Assembly: GCF_048403405.1 (NCBI RefSeq)
Contig: NZ_CP183129.1
Strand: one strand, 5' to 3'
Origin: Escherichia coli
Lineage (GTDB): Bacteria; Pseudomonadota; Gammaproteobacteria; Enterobacterales; Enterobacteriaceae
Length of the DNA stretch: 64,000 nucleotides
The notes under the pieces are model-generated. The model was given only the letters and a program-made list of their open reading frames with translations. It did no database searches and was not told the DNA's origin. Shown here in pieces: positions 32,618 to 45,896 of this stretch; within the stretch, counting starts at the first letter, position 1; every line of letters starts with the position of its first letter. Position numbers and translations under genes: made by a program.

Positions 32618-33844
32618 ATGGGAATTAACGAAATCATCATGTACATCATGATGTTCTTTATGCTGATAGCTGCCGTAGACAGGATCCTGTCGCAGTTCGG
32701 TGGTTCTGCTCGTTTCCTCGGTAAGTTCGGTAAAAGTATCGAAGGATCAGGCGGTCAGTTCGAAGAAGGCTTTATGGCAATGGGCGCTCTGGGCCTGGCG
32801 ATGGTCGGTATGACCGCGCTGGCACCGGTACTGGCTCACGTACTCGGGCCGGTGATTATCCCGGTTTACGAAATGCTCGGCGCAAACCCGTCAATGTTCG
32901 CCGGAACACTGCTGGCGTGCGATATGGGCGGGTTCTTCCTCGCCAAAGAGCTGGCGGGCGGCGACGTAGCAGCGTGGCTATACTCTGGGTTAATTCTCGG
33001 GTCGATGATGGGGCCAACGATTGTGTTTTCCATTCCGGTGGCGCTCGGCATTATCGAACCTTCTGACCGTCGTTATCTGGCGCTCGGCGTGCTGGCGGGC
33101 ATTGTGACCATTCCGATTGGCTGTATTGCTGGTGGTCTGGTTGCTATGTACTCCGGTGTGCAGATCAACGGTCAGCCGGTGGAATTCACCTTTGCGCTGA
33201 TCCTGATGAACATGATCCCGGTACTTATCGTTGCGGTGCTGGTGGCGCTGGGGCTGAAATTCATCCCGGAAAAAATGATCAACGGCTTCCAGATCTTCGC
33301 CAAATTCCTCGTTGCATTGATCACCCTCGGTCTTGCTGCCGCGGTAGTGAAATTCCTCCTTGGCTGGGAACTGATCCCCGGTCTGGATCCTATCTTTATG
33401 GCCCCTGGCGACAAACCCGGTGAAGTGATGCGCGCCATTGAAGTTATCGGTTCTATCTCCTGCGTTCTGTTAGGGGCGTACCCGATGGTGCTGCTGCTGA
33501 CCCGCTGGTTTGAAAAACCGCTGATGAGCGTCGGTAAAGTGCTGAATATGAACAACATCGCGGCAGCTGGCATGGTGGCAACGCTTGCTAACAACATCCC
33601 GATGTTCGGCATGATGAAGCAGATGGATACCCGCGGCAAAGTCATCAACTGCGCCTTCGCCGTTTCCGCTGCTTTCGCCCTGGGTGACCACTTAGGCTTC
33701 GCCGCTGCCAACATGAACGCCATGATTTTCCCGATGATTGTCGGCAAGTTGATCGGCGGCGTAACGGCGATTGGCGTGGCGATGATGCTGGTGCCAAAAG
33801 AAGACGCGACCGCGGCCAAAACCGAAGCGGAGGCACAATCGTGA
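32618..33844 (+). CDS. eutH: EutH, ethanolamine permease
   Basis: 408 aa polytopic membrane protein; ATG 32618 after GGGAG. Confidence 0.9.
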   Translation: MGINEIIMYIMMFFMLIAAVDRILSQFGGSARFLGKFGKSIEGSGGQFEEGFMAMGALGLAMVGMTALAPVLAHVLGPVIIPVYEMLGANPSMFAGTLLACDMGGFFLAKELAGGDVAAWLYSGLILGSMMGPTIVFSIPVALGIIEPSDRRYLALGVLAGIVTIPIGCIAGGLVAMYSGVQINGQPVEFTFALILMNMIPVLIVAVLVALGLKFIPEKMINGFQIFAKFLVALITLGLAAAVVKFLLGWELIPGLDPIFMAPGDKPGEVMRAIEVIGSISCVLLGAYPMVLLLTRWFEKPLMSVGKVLNMNNIAAAGMVATLANNIPMFGMMKQMDTRGKVINCAFAVSAAFALGDHLGFAAANMNAMIFPMIVGKLIGGVTAIGVAMMLVPKEDATAAKTEAEAQS

Positions 33845-35244
33845 ACACTCGCCAGCTACTGAGCGTCGGTATCGATATCGGCACCACCACCACCCAGGTG
33901 ATTTTCTCCCACCTGGAGCTGGTTAACCGTGCGGCGGTGTCGCAGGTGCCGCGCTACGAATTCATCAAACGCGAAATTAGCTGGCAAAGCCCGGTGTTCT
34001 TTACCCCTGTCGATAAACAGGGTGGTTTAAAAGAAGCGGAACTGAAAACCTTAATCCTGGAGCAATATCAGGCTGCGGGCATTGCGCCGGAAAGTGTTGA
34101 TTCTGGTGCCATCATCATCACCGGTGAAAGCGCGAAAACCCGCAACGCTCGCCCGGCGGTGATGACGCTCTCCCAGTCTCTGGGCGATTTTGTCGTCGCC
34201 AGCGCCGGGCCGCATCTCGAATCCGTGATCGCCGGTCACGGTGCCGGGGCGCAAACCCTTTCTGAACAACGGCTGTGTCGGGTACTGAATATCGATATCG
34301 GCGGTGGCACTGCGAACTACGCCCTGTTCGATGCCGGAAAAATCAGCGGCACCGCCTGCCTCAACGTCGGCGGTCGCCTGCTGGAAACCGACAGCCAGGG
34401 GCGCGTGGTTTACGCTCATAAACCGGGGCAGATGATTGTGGATGAGTGCTTCGGCGCAGGCACCGACGCCCGTTCGCTGACCGGCGCGCAGCTGGTGCAG
34501 GTTACCCGGCGGATGGCAGAGCTGATTGTCGAAGTGATTGACGGAACGCTTTCGCCGCTCGCGCAGGCATTAATGCAAACCGGTTTGCTGCCCGCAGGTG
34601 TTACGCCCGAAATCATTACGCTTTCTGGCGGCGTGGGCGAATGTTATCGCCACCAGCCCGCCGACCCGTTCTGTTTTGCCGATATCGGCCCGCTTCTGGC
34701 AACGGCGCTGCATGACCATCCGCGCCTGCGTGAGATGAACGTGCAGTTTCCGGCGCAAACCGTACGCGCCACGGTGATTGGCGCGGGTGCACATACCCTT
34801 TCGCTCTCTGGCAGCACAATCTGGCTGGAGGGCGTACAACTGCCGCTGCGCAATTTGCCGGTGGCGATCCCAATTGATGAAACGGATCTGGTGAGTGCCT
34901 GGCAACAGGCGCTGATTCAGCTGGATCTTGATCCCAATTCTGACGCGTACGTGCTGGCGCTTCCCGCCTCGCTGCCTGTGCGTTACGCCGCGGTACTGAC
35001 GGTCATCAACGCGCTGGTCGATTTCGTCGCGCGTTTTCCGAATCCGCATCCCCTGCTGGTGGTGGCCGGGCAGGACTTTGGTAAAGCTCTGGGCATGTTG
35101 TTGCGCCCACAGCTACAACAACTCCCGTTGGCAGTCATTGACGAAGTGATTGTCCGCGCGGGGGACTATATCGACATTGGTACGCCTCTTTTTGGCGGAT
35201 CGGTTGTGCCGGTGACGGTGAAATCACTCGCATTTCCTTCCTGA
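33841..35244 (+). CDS. eutA: EutA, ethanolamine ammonia-lyase reactivase
   Basis: 467 aa; GTG start 33841 overlapping the eutH stop; ASKHA-fold motifs (GIDIGTTTT). Confidence 0.9.
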   Translation: MNTRQLLSVGIDIGTTTTQVIFSHLELVNRAAVSQVPRYEFIKREISWQSPVFFTPVDKQGGLKEAELKTLILEQYQAAGIAPESVDSGAIIITGESAKTRNARPAVMTLSQSLGDFVVASAGPHLESVIAGHGAGAQTLSEQRLCRVLNIDIGGGTANYALFDAGKISGTACLNVGGRLLETDSQGRVVYAHKPGQMIVDECFGAGTDARSLTGAQLVQVTRRMAELIVEVIDGTLSPLAQALMQTGLLPAGVTPEIITLSGGVGECYRHQPADPFCFADIGPLLATALHDHPRLREMNVQFPAQTVRATVIGAGAHTLSLSGSTIWLEGVQLPLRNLPVAIPIDETDLVSAWQQALIQLDLDPNSDAYVLALPASLPVRYAAVLTVINALVDFVARFPNPHPLLVVAGQDFGKALGMLLRPQLQQLPLAVIDEVIVRAGDYIDIGTPLFGGSVVPVTVKSLAFPS

Positions 35245-35255
35245 GGGAACGACTT

Positions 35256-36617
35256 ATGAAACTAAAGACCACATTGTTCGGCAATGTATATCAGTTTAAG
35301 GATGTAAAAGAGGTGCTGGCTAAAGCCAACGAACTGCGTTCGGGGGATGTGCTGGCGGGCGTTGCAGCGGCAAGCTCACAAGAGCGCGTGGCGGCAAAGC
35401 AGGTGTTGTCGGAAATGACCGTAGCGGACATCCGCAATAATCCGGTGATTGCCTATGAAGATGACTGCGTGACGCGGCTGATTCAGGACGACGTTAACGA
35501 AACGGCCTACAACCAGATTAAAAACTGGAGCATCAGCGAACTGCGTGAGTATGTCCTGAGCGATGAAACCAGCGTGGACGACATTGCCTTTACCCGCAAA
35601 GGGCTGACCTCGGAAGTGGTTGCGGCGGTAGCGAAGATTTGCTCCAACGCGGACCTGATCTACGGCGCGAAGAAAATGCCGGTAATCAAAAAGGCCAATA
35701 CCACCATCGGTATTCCGGGCACCTTCAGCGCCCGTTTGCAGCCAAATGACACCCGTGACGACGTGCAAAGTATCGCTGCGCAAATCTACGAAGGGCTTTC
35801 CTTCGGGGTGGGCGATGCGGTGATCGGCGTCAACCCGGTGACGGACGACGTGGAAAACTTAAGCCGCGTGCTGGACACCATCTACGGCGTGATCGACAAA
35901 TTCAACATTCCGACCCAGGGCTGCGTGCTGGCGCACGTCACCACCCAGATTGAAGCGATCCGTCGTGGCGCACCGGGCGGGCTGATTTTCCAGAGTATCT
36001 GCGGCAGCGAAAAAGGGCTGAAAGAGTTTGGCGTGGAGCTGGCGATGCTCGATGAAGCACGCGCAGTGGGCGCGGAGTTCAACCGTATCGCCGGGGAAAA
36101 CTGCCTCTACTTCGAAACCGGACAAGGTTCGGCGCTGTCCGCTGGCGCTAACTTCGGCGCTGACCAGGTGACGATGGAAGCGCGTAACTATGGGCTGGCG
36201 CGTCATTACGATCCGTTTATCGTCAACACCGTGGTCGGTTTTATTGGGCCGGAGTATCTCTACAACGACCGCCAGATTATCCGCGCGGGCTTAGAAGATC
36301 ACTTTATGGGCAAGCTGAGCGGCATCTCTATGGGCTGTGACTGCTGCTACACCAACCACGCTGACGCTGACCAGAACCTCAACGAAAACCTGATGATCCT
36401 GCTCGCCACCGCAGGCTGTAACTACATCATGGGGATGCCGCTGGGTGATGACATCATGCTCAACTACCAGACTACGGCCTTCCACGACACCGCCACTGTG
36501 CGTCAGTTACTCAACCTGCGCCCGTCACCGGAGTTTGAACGCTGGCTGGAAAGCATGGGCATTATGGCAAACGGTCGCCTGACCAAACGGGCGGGCGATC
36601 CGTCACTGTTCTTCTGA
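35256..36617 (+). CDS. eutB: EutB, ethanolamine ammonia-lyase large subunit
   Basis: 453 aa, MKLKTTLFGNVYQFKDVKEVLAKANELRSGDVLAGVAA...; starts 11 bp after eutA. Confidence 0.93.
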   Translation: MKLKTTLFGNVYQFKDVKEVLAKANELRSGDVLAGVAAASSQERVAAKQVLSEMTVADIRNNPVIAYEDDCVTRLIQDDVNETAYNQIKNWSISELREYVLSDETSVDDIAFTRKGLTSEVVAAVAKICSNADLIYGAKKMPVIKKANTTIGIPGTFSARLQPNDTRDDVQSIAAQIYEGLSFGVGDAVIGVNPVTDDVENLSRVLDTIYGVIDKFNIPTQGCVLAHVTTQIEAIRRGAPGGLIFQSICGSEKGLKEFGVELAMLDEARAVGAEFNRIAGENCLYFETGQGSALSAGANFGADQVTMEARNYGLARHYDPFIVNTVVGFIGPEYLYNDRQIIRAGLEDHFMGKLSGISMGCDCCYTNHADADQNLNENLMILLATAGCNYIMGMPLGDDIMLNYQTTAFHDTATVRQLLNLRPSPEFERWLESMGIMANGRLTKRAGDPSLFF

Positions 36618-36637
36618 TGACGCGGAGATAACACATC

Positions 36638-37525
36638 ATGGATCAAAAACAGATTGAAGAAATTGTACGCAGCGTGATGGCGTCAATGGGACAAGCGGCC
36701 CCCGCGCCGTCAGAAGCAAAGTGCGCCACCACCACCTGTGCGGCACCGGTGACCTCGGAAAGCTGCGCGCTGGATTTAGGCTCTGCGGAAGCAAAAGCGT
36801 GGATTGGCGTTGAAAACCCGCATCGCGCAGACGTATTAACAGAACTGCGTCGCAGCACCGTGGCCCGCGTTTGTACCGGTCGTGCCGGTCCGCGTCCGCG
36901 TACCCAGGCGTTGCTGCGTTTCCTGGCCGATCACTCTCGTTCGAAAGATACCGTACTGAAAGAAGTGCCGGAAGAGTGGGTGAAAGCGCAGGGCTTGCTG
37001 GAAGTCCGCTCTGAAATTAGCGACAAAAATCTCTACCTGACTCGTCCGGATATGGGCCGCCGCCTGTGTGCAGAAGCTGTTGAAGCGCTGAAAGCGCAGT
37101 GTGTTGCCAATCCGGACGTGCAGGTCGTTATTTCTGATGGCCTGTCAACTGATGCGATCACCGTGAACTACGAAGAGATCCTGCCACCGCTGATGGCGGG
37201 CCTGAAACAGGCCGGGCTGAAAGTCGGTACGCCATTCTTTGTTCGTTATGGTCGCGTGAAGATTGAAGATCAGATCGGTGAGATCCTCGGCGCGAAAGTA
37301 GTGATCCTACTGGTGGGGGAACGCCCGGGATTAGGGCAGTCAGAAAGCCTCTCCTGCTACGCCGTTTACTCGCCGCGTATGGCGACCACCGTTGAGGCCG
37401 ATCGCACCTGCATCTCTAACATTCACCAGGGCGGCACGCCGCCGGTTGAAGCCGCAGCCGTCATTGTGGATTTGGCGAAACGTATGCTGGAGCAGAAAGC
37501 ATCCGGCATCAACATGACCCGATAA
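36638..37525 (+). CDS. eutC: EutC, ethanolamine ammonia-lyase small subunit
   Basis: 295 aa, [19 protein letters not shown]... Confidence 0.92.
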   Translation: MDQKQIEEIVRSVMASMGQAAPAPSEAKCATTTCAAPVTSESCALDLGSAEAKAWIGVENPHRADVLTELRRSTVARVCTGRAGPRPRTQALLRFLADHSRSKDTVLKEVPEEWVKAQGLLEVRSEISDKNLYLTRPDMGRRLCAEAVEALKAQCVANPDVQVVISDGLSTDAITVNYEEILPPLMAGLKQAGLKVGTPFFVRYGRVKIEDQIGEILGAKVVILLVGERPGLGQSESLSCYAVYSPRMATTVEADRTCISNIHQGGTPPVEAAAVIVDLAKRMLEQKASGINMTR

Positions 37526-37534
37526 GGAGGCATC

Positions 37535-38194
37535 ATGCCAGCTTTAGATTTGATTCGACCGTCGGTCACCGCCATGCGGGTGATTGCCTCTGTTAACGCC
37601 GAATTTGCGCGTGAACTGAAATTGCCGCCGCATATTCGTAGCCTCGGGCTGATTTCTGCTGATTCCGATGACGTCACCTACATTGCGGCTGACGAAGCGA
37701 CCAAGCAGGCGATGGTCGAAGTGGTGTATGGCCGCTCGCTGTATGCGGGAGCTGCACACGGACCGTCACCGACTGCCGGTGAAGTGCTGATTATGCTCGG
37801 TGGGCCAAACCCGGCGGAAGTGCGTGCTGGTCTGGATGCGATGGTTGCGCATATTGAAAATGGCGCGGCTTTCCAGTGGGCTAATGATGCGCAAGATACG
37901 GCATTCCTGGCACATGTAGTTTCGCGTACCGGTTCTTATCTCTCATCAACCGCCGGGATCACGCTTGGCGATCCGATGGCGTATCTGGTGGCACCGCCGC
38001 TGGAAGCGACCTATGGCATTGATGCAGCCCTGAAATCTGCCGACGTACAGCTGGTGACCTATGTCCCGCCACCGTCTGAAACCAACTACTCGGCAGCATT
38101 TTTAACCGGTAGCCAGGCAGCGTGTAAAGCAGCCTGTAACGCCTTTACCGATGCAGTGCTGGAAATCGCGCGTAATCCAATCCAGCGTGCGTAA
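37535..38194 (+). CDS. eutL: EutL, tandem-BMC-domain (trimeric) shell protein
   Basis: 219 aa. Confidence 0.9.
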   Translation: MPALDLIRPSVTAMRVIASVNAEFARELKLPPHIRSLGLISADSDDVTYIAADEATKQAMVEVVYGRSLYAGAAHGPSPTAGEVLIMLGGPNPAEVRAGLDAMVAHIENGAAFQWANDAQDTAFLAHVVSRTGSYLSSTAGITLGDPMAYLVAPPLEATYGIDAALKSADVQLVTYVPPPSETNYSAAFLTGSQAACKAACNAFTDAVLEIARNPIQRA

Positions 38195-38206
38195 CGGAGG
38201 TTGCCG

Positions 38207-38707
38207 ATGATCAATGCACTGGGATTGCTGGAAGTGGACGGCATGGTCGCCGCGCTAGATGCTGCGGATGCCATGCTCAAAGCAGCTAACGTTCGTCTGC
38301 TCAGTCACGAAGTGCTTGACCCTGGTCGCCTAACGCTGGTGGTGGAAGGCGATCTGGCGGCGTGTCGTGCGGCGCTGGACGCAGGTTGTGCTGCCGCGAT
38401 GCGTACCGGGCGTGTCATCAGCCGCAAGGAGATCGGTCGGCCAGACGATGACACCCAGTGGCTGGTTACTGGCTTTAACCGCCAGCCTAAGCAACCCGTA
38501 AAGGAACCCGACGCGCCAGTTATCGTCGCGGAATCTGCTGACGAGTTGTTGGCGCTGTTAACATCAGTACGTCAGGGAATGACGGCAGGAGAAGTGGCTG
38601 CCCACTTTGGCTGGCCGCTGGAAAAAGCCAGAAATGCGCTCGAACAGCTCTTTTCTGCCGGGACGTTACGTAAACGCAGTAGTCGTTATCGTCTCAAGCC
38701 CCATTAA
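38207..38707 (+). CDS. eutK: EutK, BMC shell protein with C-terminal helix-turn-helix-like extension
   Basis: ATG 38207: MINALGLLEVDGMVAALDAADAMLKAANVRLL... (166 aa). The track start is TTG at 38201. Confidence 0.88.
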   Translation: MINALGLLEVDGMVAALDAADAMLKAANVRLLSHEVLDPGRLTLVVEGDLAACRAALDAGCAAAMRTGRVISRKEIGRPDDDTQWLVTGFNRQPKQPVKEPDAPVIVAESADELLALLTSVRQGMTAGEVAAHFGWPLEKARNALEQLFSAGTLRKRSSRYRLKPH

Positions 38708-38752
38708 CCTGTCGGAGGTGCCGGGTGTCCTACAACACCCGGCATTAACATC

Positions 38753-39805
38753 ATGAAAAAGACCCGTACAGCCAATTTGCACCATCTTTATCATGAACCC
38801 TTACCCGAAAACCTGAAGCTCACGCCGAAGGTCGAAGTGGATAATGTTCATCAACGACAGACAACGGATGTCTATGAACATGCTTTGACAATTACCGCCT
38901 GGCAGCAGATTTACGATCAGCTGCATCCGGGCAAGTTTCATGGTGAATTTACGGAAATTCTACTCGATGATATTCAGGTTTTTCGTGAATACACCGGTCT
39001 GGCGCTGCGTCAGTCGTGCCTGGTCTGGCCGAATTCGTTCTGGTTTGGCATTCCGGCGACGCGCGGTGAGCAGGGATTTATCGGTTCGCAATGTCTGGGA
39101 AGCGCAGAAATAGCGACGCGCCCTGGTGGAACCGAGTTTGAATTAAGTACGCCGGATGATTACACGATCCTTGGCGTAGTGCTTTCTGAAGATGTCATCA
39201 CCCGTCAGGCTAACTTTTTGCATAATCCGGATCGGGTATTACATATGCTGCGTAGCCAGTCGGCGCTGGAAGTGAAAGAGCAGCATAAAGCCGCGCTGTG
39301 GGGCTTTGTCCAACAGGCGCTGGCGACATTTTGCGAGAACCCGGAAAATCTTCATCAGCCTGCTGTGCGTAAAGTGCTGGGGGATAATTTGCTAATGGCG
39401 ATGGGGGCGATGCTGGAAGAAGCGCAGCCAATGGTGACGGCGGAAAGCATCAGTCATCAGAGTTACCGTCGGTTGCTTTCCCGCGCCCGTGAATATGTGC
39501 TGGAAAACATGTCTGAGCCGGTGACTGTGCTGGACTTGTGTAATCAACTGCATGTCAGCCGCCGCACGCTACAAAACGCGTTTCACGCTATTTTAGGCAT
39601 TGGCCCAAATGCGTGGCTGAAACGCATTCGCCTGAACGCCGTACGCCGCGAACTGATAAGCCCTTGGTCGCAAAGCACAACGGTAAAAGACGCCGCCATG
39701 CAGTGGGGATTCTGGCATCTGGGGCAATTTGCCACGGATTACCAGCAGCTGTTTGCCGAGAAGCCGTCGTTGACGCTGCATCAGCGGATGCGGGAATGGG
39801 GGTGA
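38753..39805 (+). CDS. eutR: EutR, AraC-family activator of the eut operon
   Basis: 350 aa; C-terminal AraC HTH (region around [33 protein letters not shown]). Confidence 0.9.
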   Translation: MKKTRTANLHHLYHEPLPENLKLTPKVEVDNVHQRQTTDVYEHALTITAWQQIYDQLHPGKFHGEFTEILLDDIQVFREYTGLALRQSCLVWPNSFWFGIPATRGEQGFIGSQCLGSAEIATRPGGTEFELSTPDDYTILGVVLSEDVITRQANFLHNPDRVLHMLRSQSALEVKEQHKAALWGFVQQALATFCENPENLHQPAVRKVLGDNLLMAMGAMLEEAQPMVTAESISHQSYRRLLSRAREYVLENMSEPVTVLDLCNQLHVSRRTLQNAFHAILGIGPNAWLKRIRLNAVRRELISPWSQSTTVKDAAMQWGFWHLGQFATDYQQLFAEKPSLTLHQRMREWG

Positions 39806-39810
39806 GGGAG

Positions 39811-40713
<903 letters not shown>

Positions 40714-41583
40714 TTACCGCTTTCTCGAGTGTGCTTTCTGGTTGTCAAACCAGTGAAAATAACTGATCACGCCTTCGGCAATCGCTGTGGCGATTTTCTG
40801 GCGAAATGCCGCCGTGCCTAACAGCCGCTCTTCTTCCGGATTGGTGATAAACGAGGTTTCCACCAGCACCGAAGGAACCGACGGCGATTTCAACACCACA
40901 AACGCGGCTTGTTCGGTGTTGCGGCTGTGCAGTTTATGCACCGGCTTAATCTTCTTCAGAATATGCGAGCCGAGCGTCAGGCTGTTTTTAATAGTATCGG
41001 TTTGCACCAGATCAAACAGCACTTGCTGCAATAGGTGATCCTTGTCAGTCGCCTTTTTACCGGCAACTTCATCGGCGCGGTTTTCGCGTTCAGACAGGTA
41101 TTTCGCCATTGCGCTACTTGCACCGCGGTTAGAGAGGGCAAATACCGAAGCACCGGCAGCTTTCGGGTTGGTAAAGCCGTCGGCATGAATTGACATAAAC
41201 AGATCTGCGCCATGTTTATGGGCGATTTCAACGCGATCGTACAGTGGGATAAACGTATCGCCAGAACGCGTTAAACGCGCATCAATGCCATGATTACGCA
41301 AAATGGAACGGACGTTTTTAGCAATCGCCAGCACCACATGTTTTTCTTTCGAACCGTTGCGCCCGATCGCTCCGGTATCAATCCCGCCGTGGCCTGGATC
41401 GAGAACAACGACACGTTTGCCGCCAGATTTTTTGGCTTTCGGCTTGCTGTGTCCGTTGCTGGTTTTTAAAGGTTCGTCTTTGGCGATGGCTTGCGACATT
41501 CCTGACAACGTCAGCGCTGCAAGTCCGGCTTTCAGCACCTGGCGGCGCGAAGTGAGTGTTTTTAGTGGTTTAAAAGTGCTCAT
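40714..41583 (-). CDS. amiA: N-acetylmuramoyl-L-alanine amidase AmiA (Tat-secreted)
   Basis: 289 aa; twin-arginine signal (SRRQVLKAGLAAL); amidase_3 domain; amiA-hemF are adjacent on the same strand. Confidence 0.92.
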   Translation of the reverse strand: MSTFKPLKTLTSRRQVLKAGLAALTLSGMSQAIAKDEPLKTSNGHSKPKAKKSGGKRVVVLDPGHGGIDTGAIGRNGSKEKHVVLAIAKNVRSILRNHGIDARLTRSGDTFIPLYDRVEIAHKHGADLFMSIHADGFTNPKAAGASVFALSNRGASSAMAKYLSERENRADEVAGKKATDKDHLLQQVLFDLVQTDTIKNSLTLGSHILKKIKPVHKLHSRNTEQAAFVVLKSPSVPSVLVETSFITNPEEERLLGTAAFRQKIATAIAEGVISYFHWFDNQKAHSRKR

Positions 41584-41796
41584 ACGGCCTGAGTTGTAAT
41601 AATAAAGTTCCAGATGTTATATCGTATCGCGTAATCCGTTACGACCGTTTGCTGTTGAGAATTGTTTTACTTTTCATTTCAATAGTTGACAACTCCCCAT
41701 TATGCCACTTTTTCAACCGATTTTCGTCAGATATTGGCTAATTCGACCGTTCACGCCATAATCAGCCTTTTAACCCGCAAAAAGGTAACGAATACC

Positions 41797-42222
41797 ATGG
41801 AGATACGCGTATTTCGCCAGGAAGATTTCGAAGAGGTCATCACCCTTTGGGAGCGTTGCGACTTGCTGCGTCCGTGGAACGATCCGGAAATGGACATCGA
41901 GCGTAAGATGAACCATGACGTCAGTTTGTTTCTGGTCGCTGAGGTGAACGGTGAAGTGGTCGGAACGGTGATGGGCGGTTATGACGGGCATCGCGGGTCT
42001 GCTTATTATCTTGGCGTGCATCCAGAGTTTCGTGGGCGTGGGATTGCTAATGCGTTGCTTAATCGGTTGGAGAAAAAGCTGATTGCTCGCGGCTGCCCGA
42101 AAATTCAGATCAACGTGCCGGAAGATAACGACATGGTGCTCGGAATGTATGAACGCCTGGGATATGAACACGCCGACGTGCTGAGTCTGGGTAAGCGTTT
42201 GATTGAAGATGAAGAGTACTGA
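41797..42222 (+). CDS. ypeA: GNAT-family N-acetyltransferase YpeA
   Basis: ATG 41797: [29 protein letters not shown]... (141 aa); the track ORF is extended upstream. Confidence 0.85.
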
Positions 42223-42658
42223 GTTTCATCCTGTCCATTATGATGCACACGGTCGCCTGCGTTTACCCTTGCTCTTCTGGTTTGTGCTATTGCTTCAGGC
42301 GCGAACCTGGGTGCTGTTTGTCATTGCCGGTGCGTCGCGCGAGCAGGGTACTGCGCTGCTAAATCTGTTTTATCCCGATCACGATAATTTCTGGCTGGGG
42401 TTGATTCCCGGCATTCCGGCGGTGCTGGCGTTTTTGCTGAGTGGTCGGCGGGCTTCATTTCCCCGTATCTGGCATGTGCTCTATTTTCTGTTGCTGTTGG
42501 CGCAGGTGGTTTTACTTTGCTGGCAACCGTGGCTGTGGCTGAACGGTGAATCCGTTAGCGGTATCGGGCTGGCGCTGGTAGTGGCGGATATTGTGGCGTT
42601 AATCTGGCTGCTGACCAATCGACGTTTACGCGCTTGTTTTAATGAAGAAAAAGAATAA
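42209..42658 (+). CDS. yfeZ: inner-membrane protein YfeZ
   Basis: [29 protein letters not shown]...; four predicted TM segments; start overlaps the ypeA 3' end. Confidence 0.8.
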
Positions 42659-42718
42659 CGGCACTTTTTGGTGAATTTGCACTCCAAGCAACGTTATTGA
42701 ATAACCAAAGGAAGTGAC

Positions 42719-43294
42719 ATGAAATCGCTGCGTTTAATGTTATGCGCTATGCCGTTGATGCTGACCGGCTGTTCCACGATGTCGTCAGTTAACTGGTCTG
42801 CCGCTAACCCGTGGAACTGGTTTGGGTCGTCCACCAAAGTGAGCGAGCAGGGCGTTGGTGAATTAACGGCGTCCACACCACTGCAAGAACAAGCCATTGC
42901 CGATGCGCTTGATGGCGATTATCGCCTGCGCAGCGGAATGAAAACCGCGAACGGCAACGTGGTGCGCTTTTTTGAAGTGATGAAAGGCGACAACGTGGCG
43001 ATGGTGATTAACGGCGATCAGGGTACGATCAGCCGCATTGATGTGCTGGATAGCGATATTCCTGCTGACACCGGTGTTAAAATCGGTACACCGTTTAGCG
43101 ACCTTTACAGCAAAGCATTTGGCAATTGCCAAAAAGCTGATGGTGATGATAATCGTGCCGTCGAATGTAAAGCCGAAGGCAGTCAACATATTAGCTACCA
43201 GTTCAGCGGGGAATGGAGTGGTCCTGAAGGGTTAATGCCTTCAGACGATACCCTGAAAAACTGGAAAGTCAGTAAAATTATCTGGCGGCGTTAA
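42719..43294 (+). CDS. yfeY: outer-membrane lipoprotein YfeY
   Basis: 191 aa; lipobox LTGC in MKSLRLMLCAMPLMLTGCSTM. Confidence 0.82.
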   Translation: MKSLRLMLCAMPLMLTGCSTMSSVNWSAANPWNWFGSSTKVSEQGVGELTASTPLQEQAIADALDGDYRLRSGMKTANGNVVRFFEVMKGDNVAMVINGDQGTISRIDVLDSDIPADTGVKIGTPFSDLYSKAFGNCQKADGDDNRAVECKAEGSQHISYQFSGEWSGPEGLMPSDDTLKNWKVSKIIWRR

Positions 43295-43305
43295 TTTGCG
43301 TCTGA

Positions 43306-44289
<984 letters not shown>

Positions 44290-44312
44290 GCGTTTCTGAT
44301 TCATTGATTAAA

Positions 44313-44345
44313 GGCCAGCCAGTAACACAACTGACTGGCCTTTTT
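44313..44345 (+). terminator. intrinsic terminator after yfeX
   Basis: GGCCAGCCAGT-aacaca-ACTGACTGGCC (one mismatch) followed by TTTTT. Confidence 0.7.
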
Positions 44346-44374
44346 ATTACTGCTTTAACGCCGCATACACTTGA

Positions 44375-44464
44375 TCAACTACTTTCTGTCAGAACAGGGT
44401 ATTTTGCGGCGCTGACGCTACAGCTGACAGCCAGCAGAGAAAGATAGAGCATTGTCCGTTTCAT
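44375..44464 (-). pseudogene. 29-codon ORF with Sec-signal-peptide-like sequence, 4 bp downstream of murP; possible remnant of the gene occupying this position in K-12 (yfeW/pbp4B)
   Basis: Minus-strand ATG (complement of 44462-44464) gives MKRTMLYLSLLAVSCSVSAAKYPVLTESS then TGA. Assignment as a remnant is an inference; I cannot verify similarity to YfeW. Confidence 0.35.
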
Positions 44465-44468
44465 GATA

Positions 44469-45893
<1,425 letters not shown>

Positions 45894-45896
45894 GGG

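Noticed and set aside
33841-36617. Checked the eutA-eutB junction for prophage remnants (att-like repeats, integrase fragments)
   Set aside because: The junction is a clean 11-bp intergenic spacer with an RBS for eutB; there is nothing resembling phage sequence.
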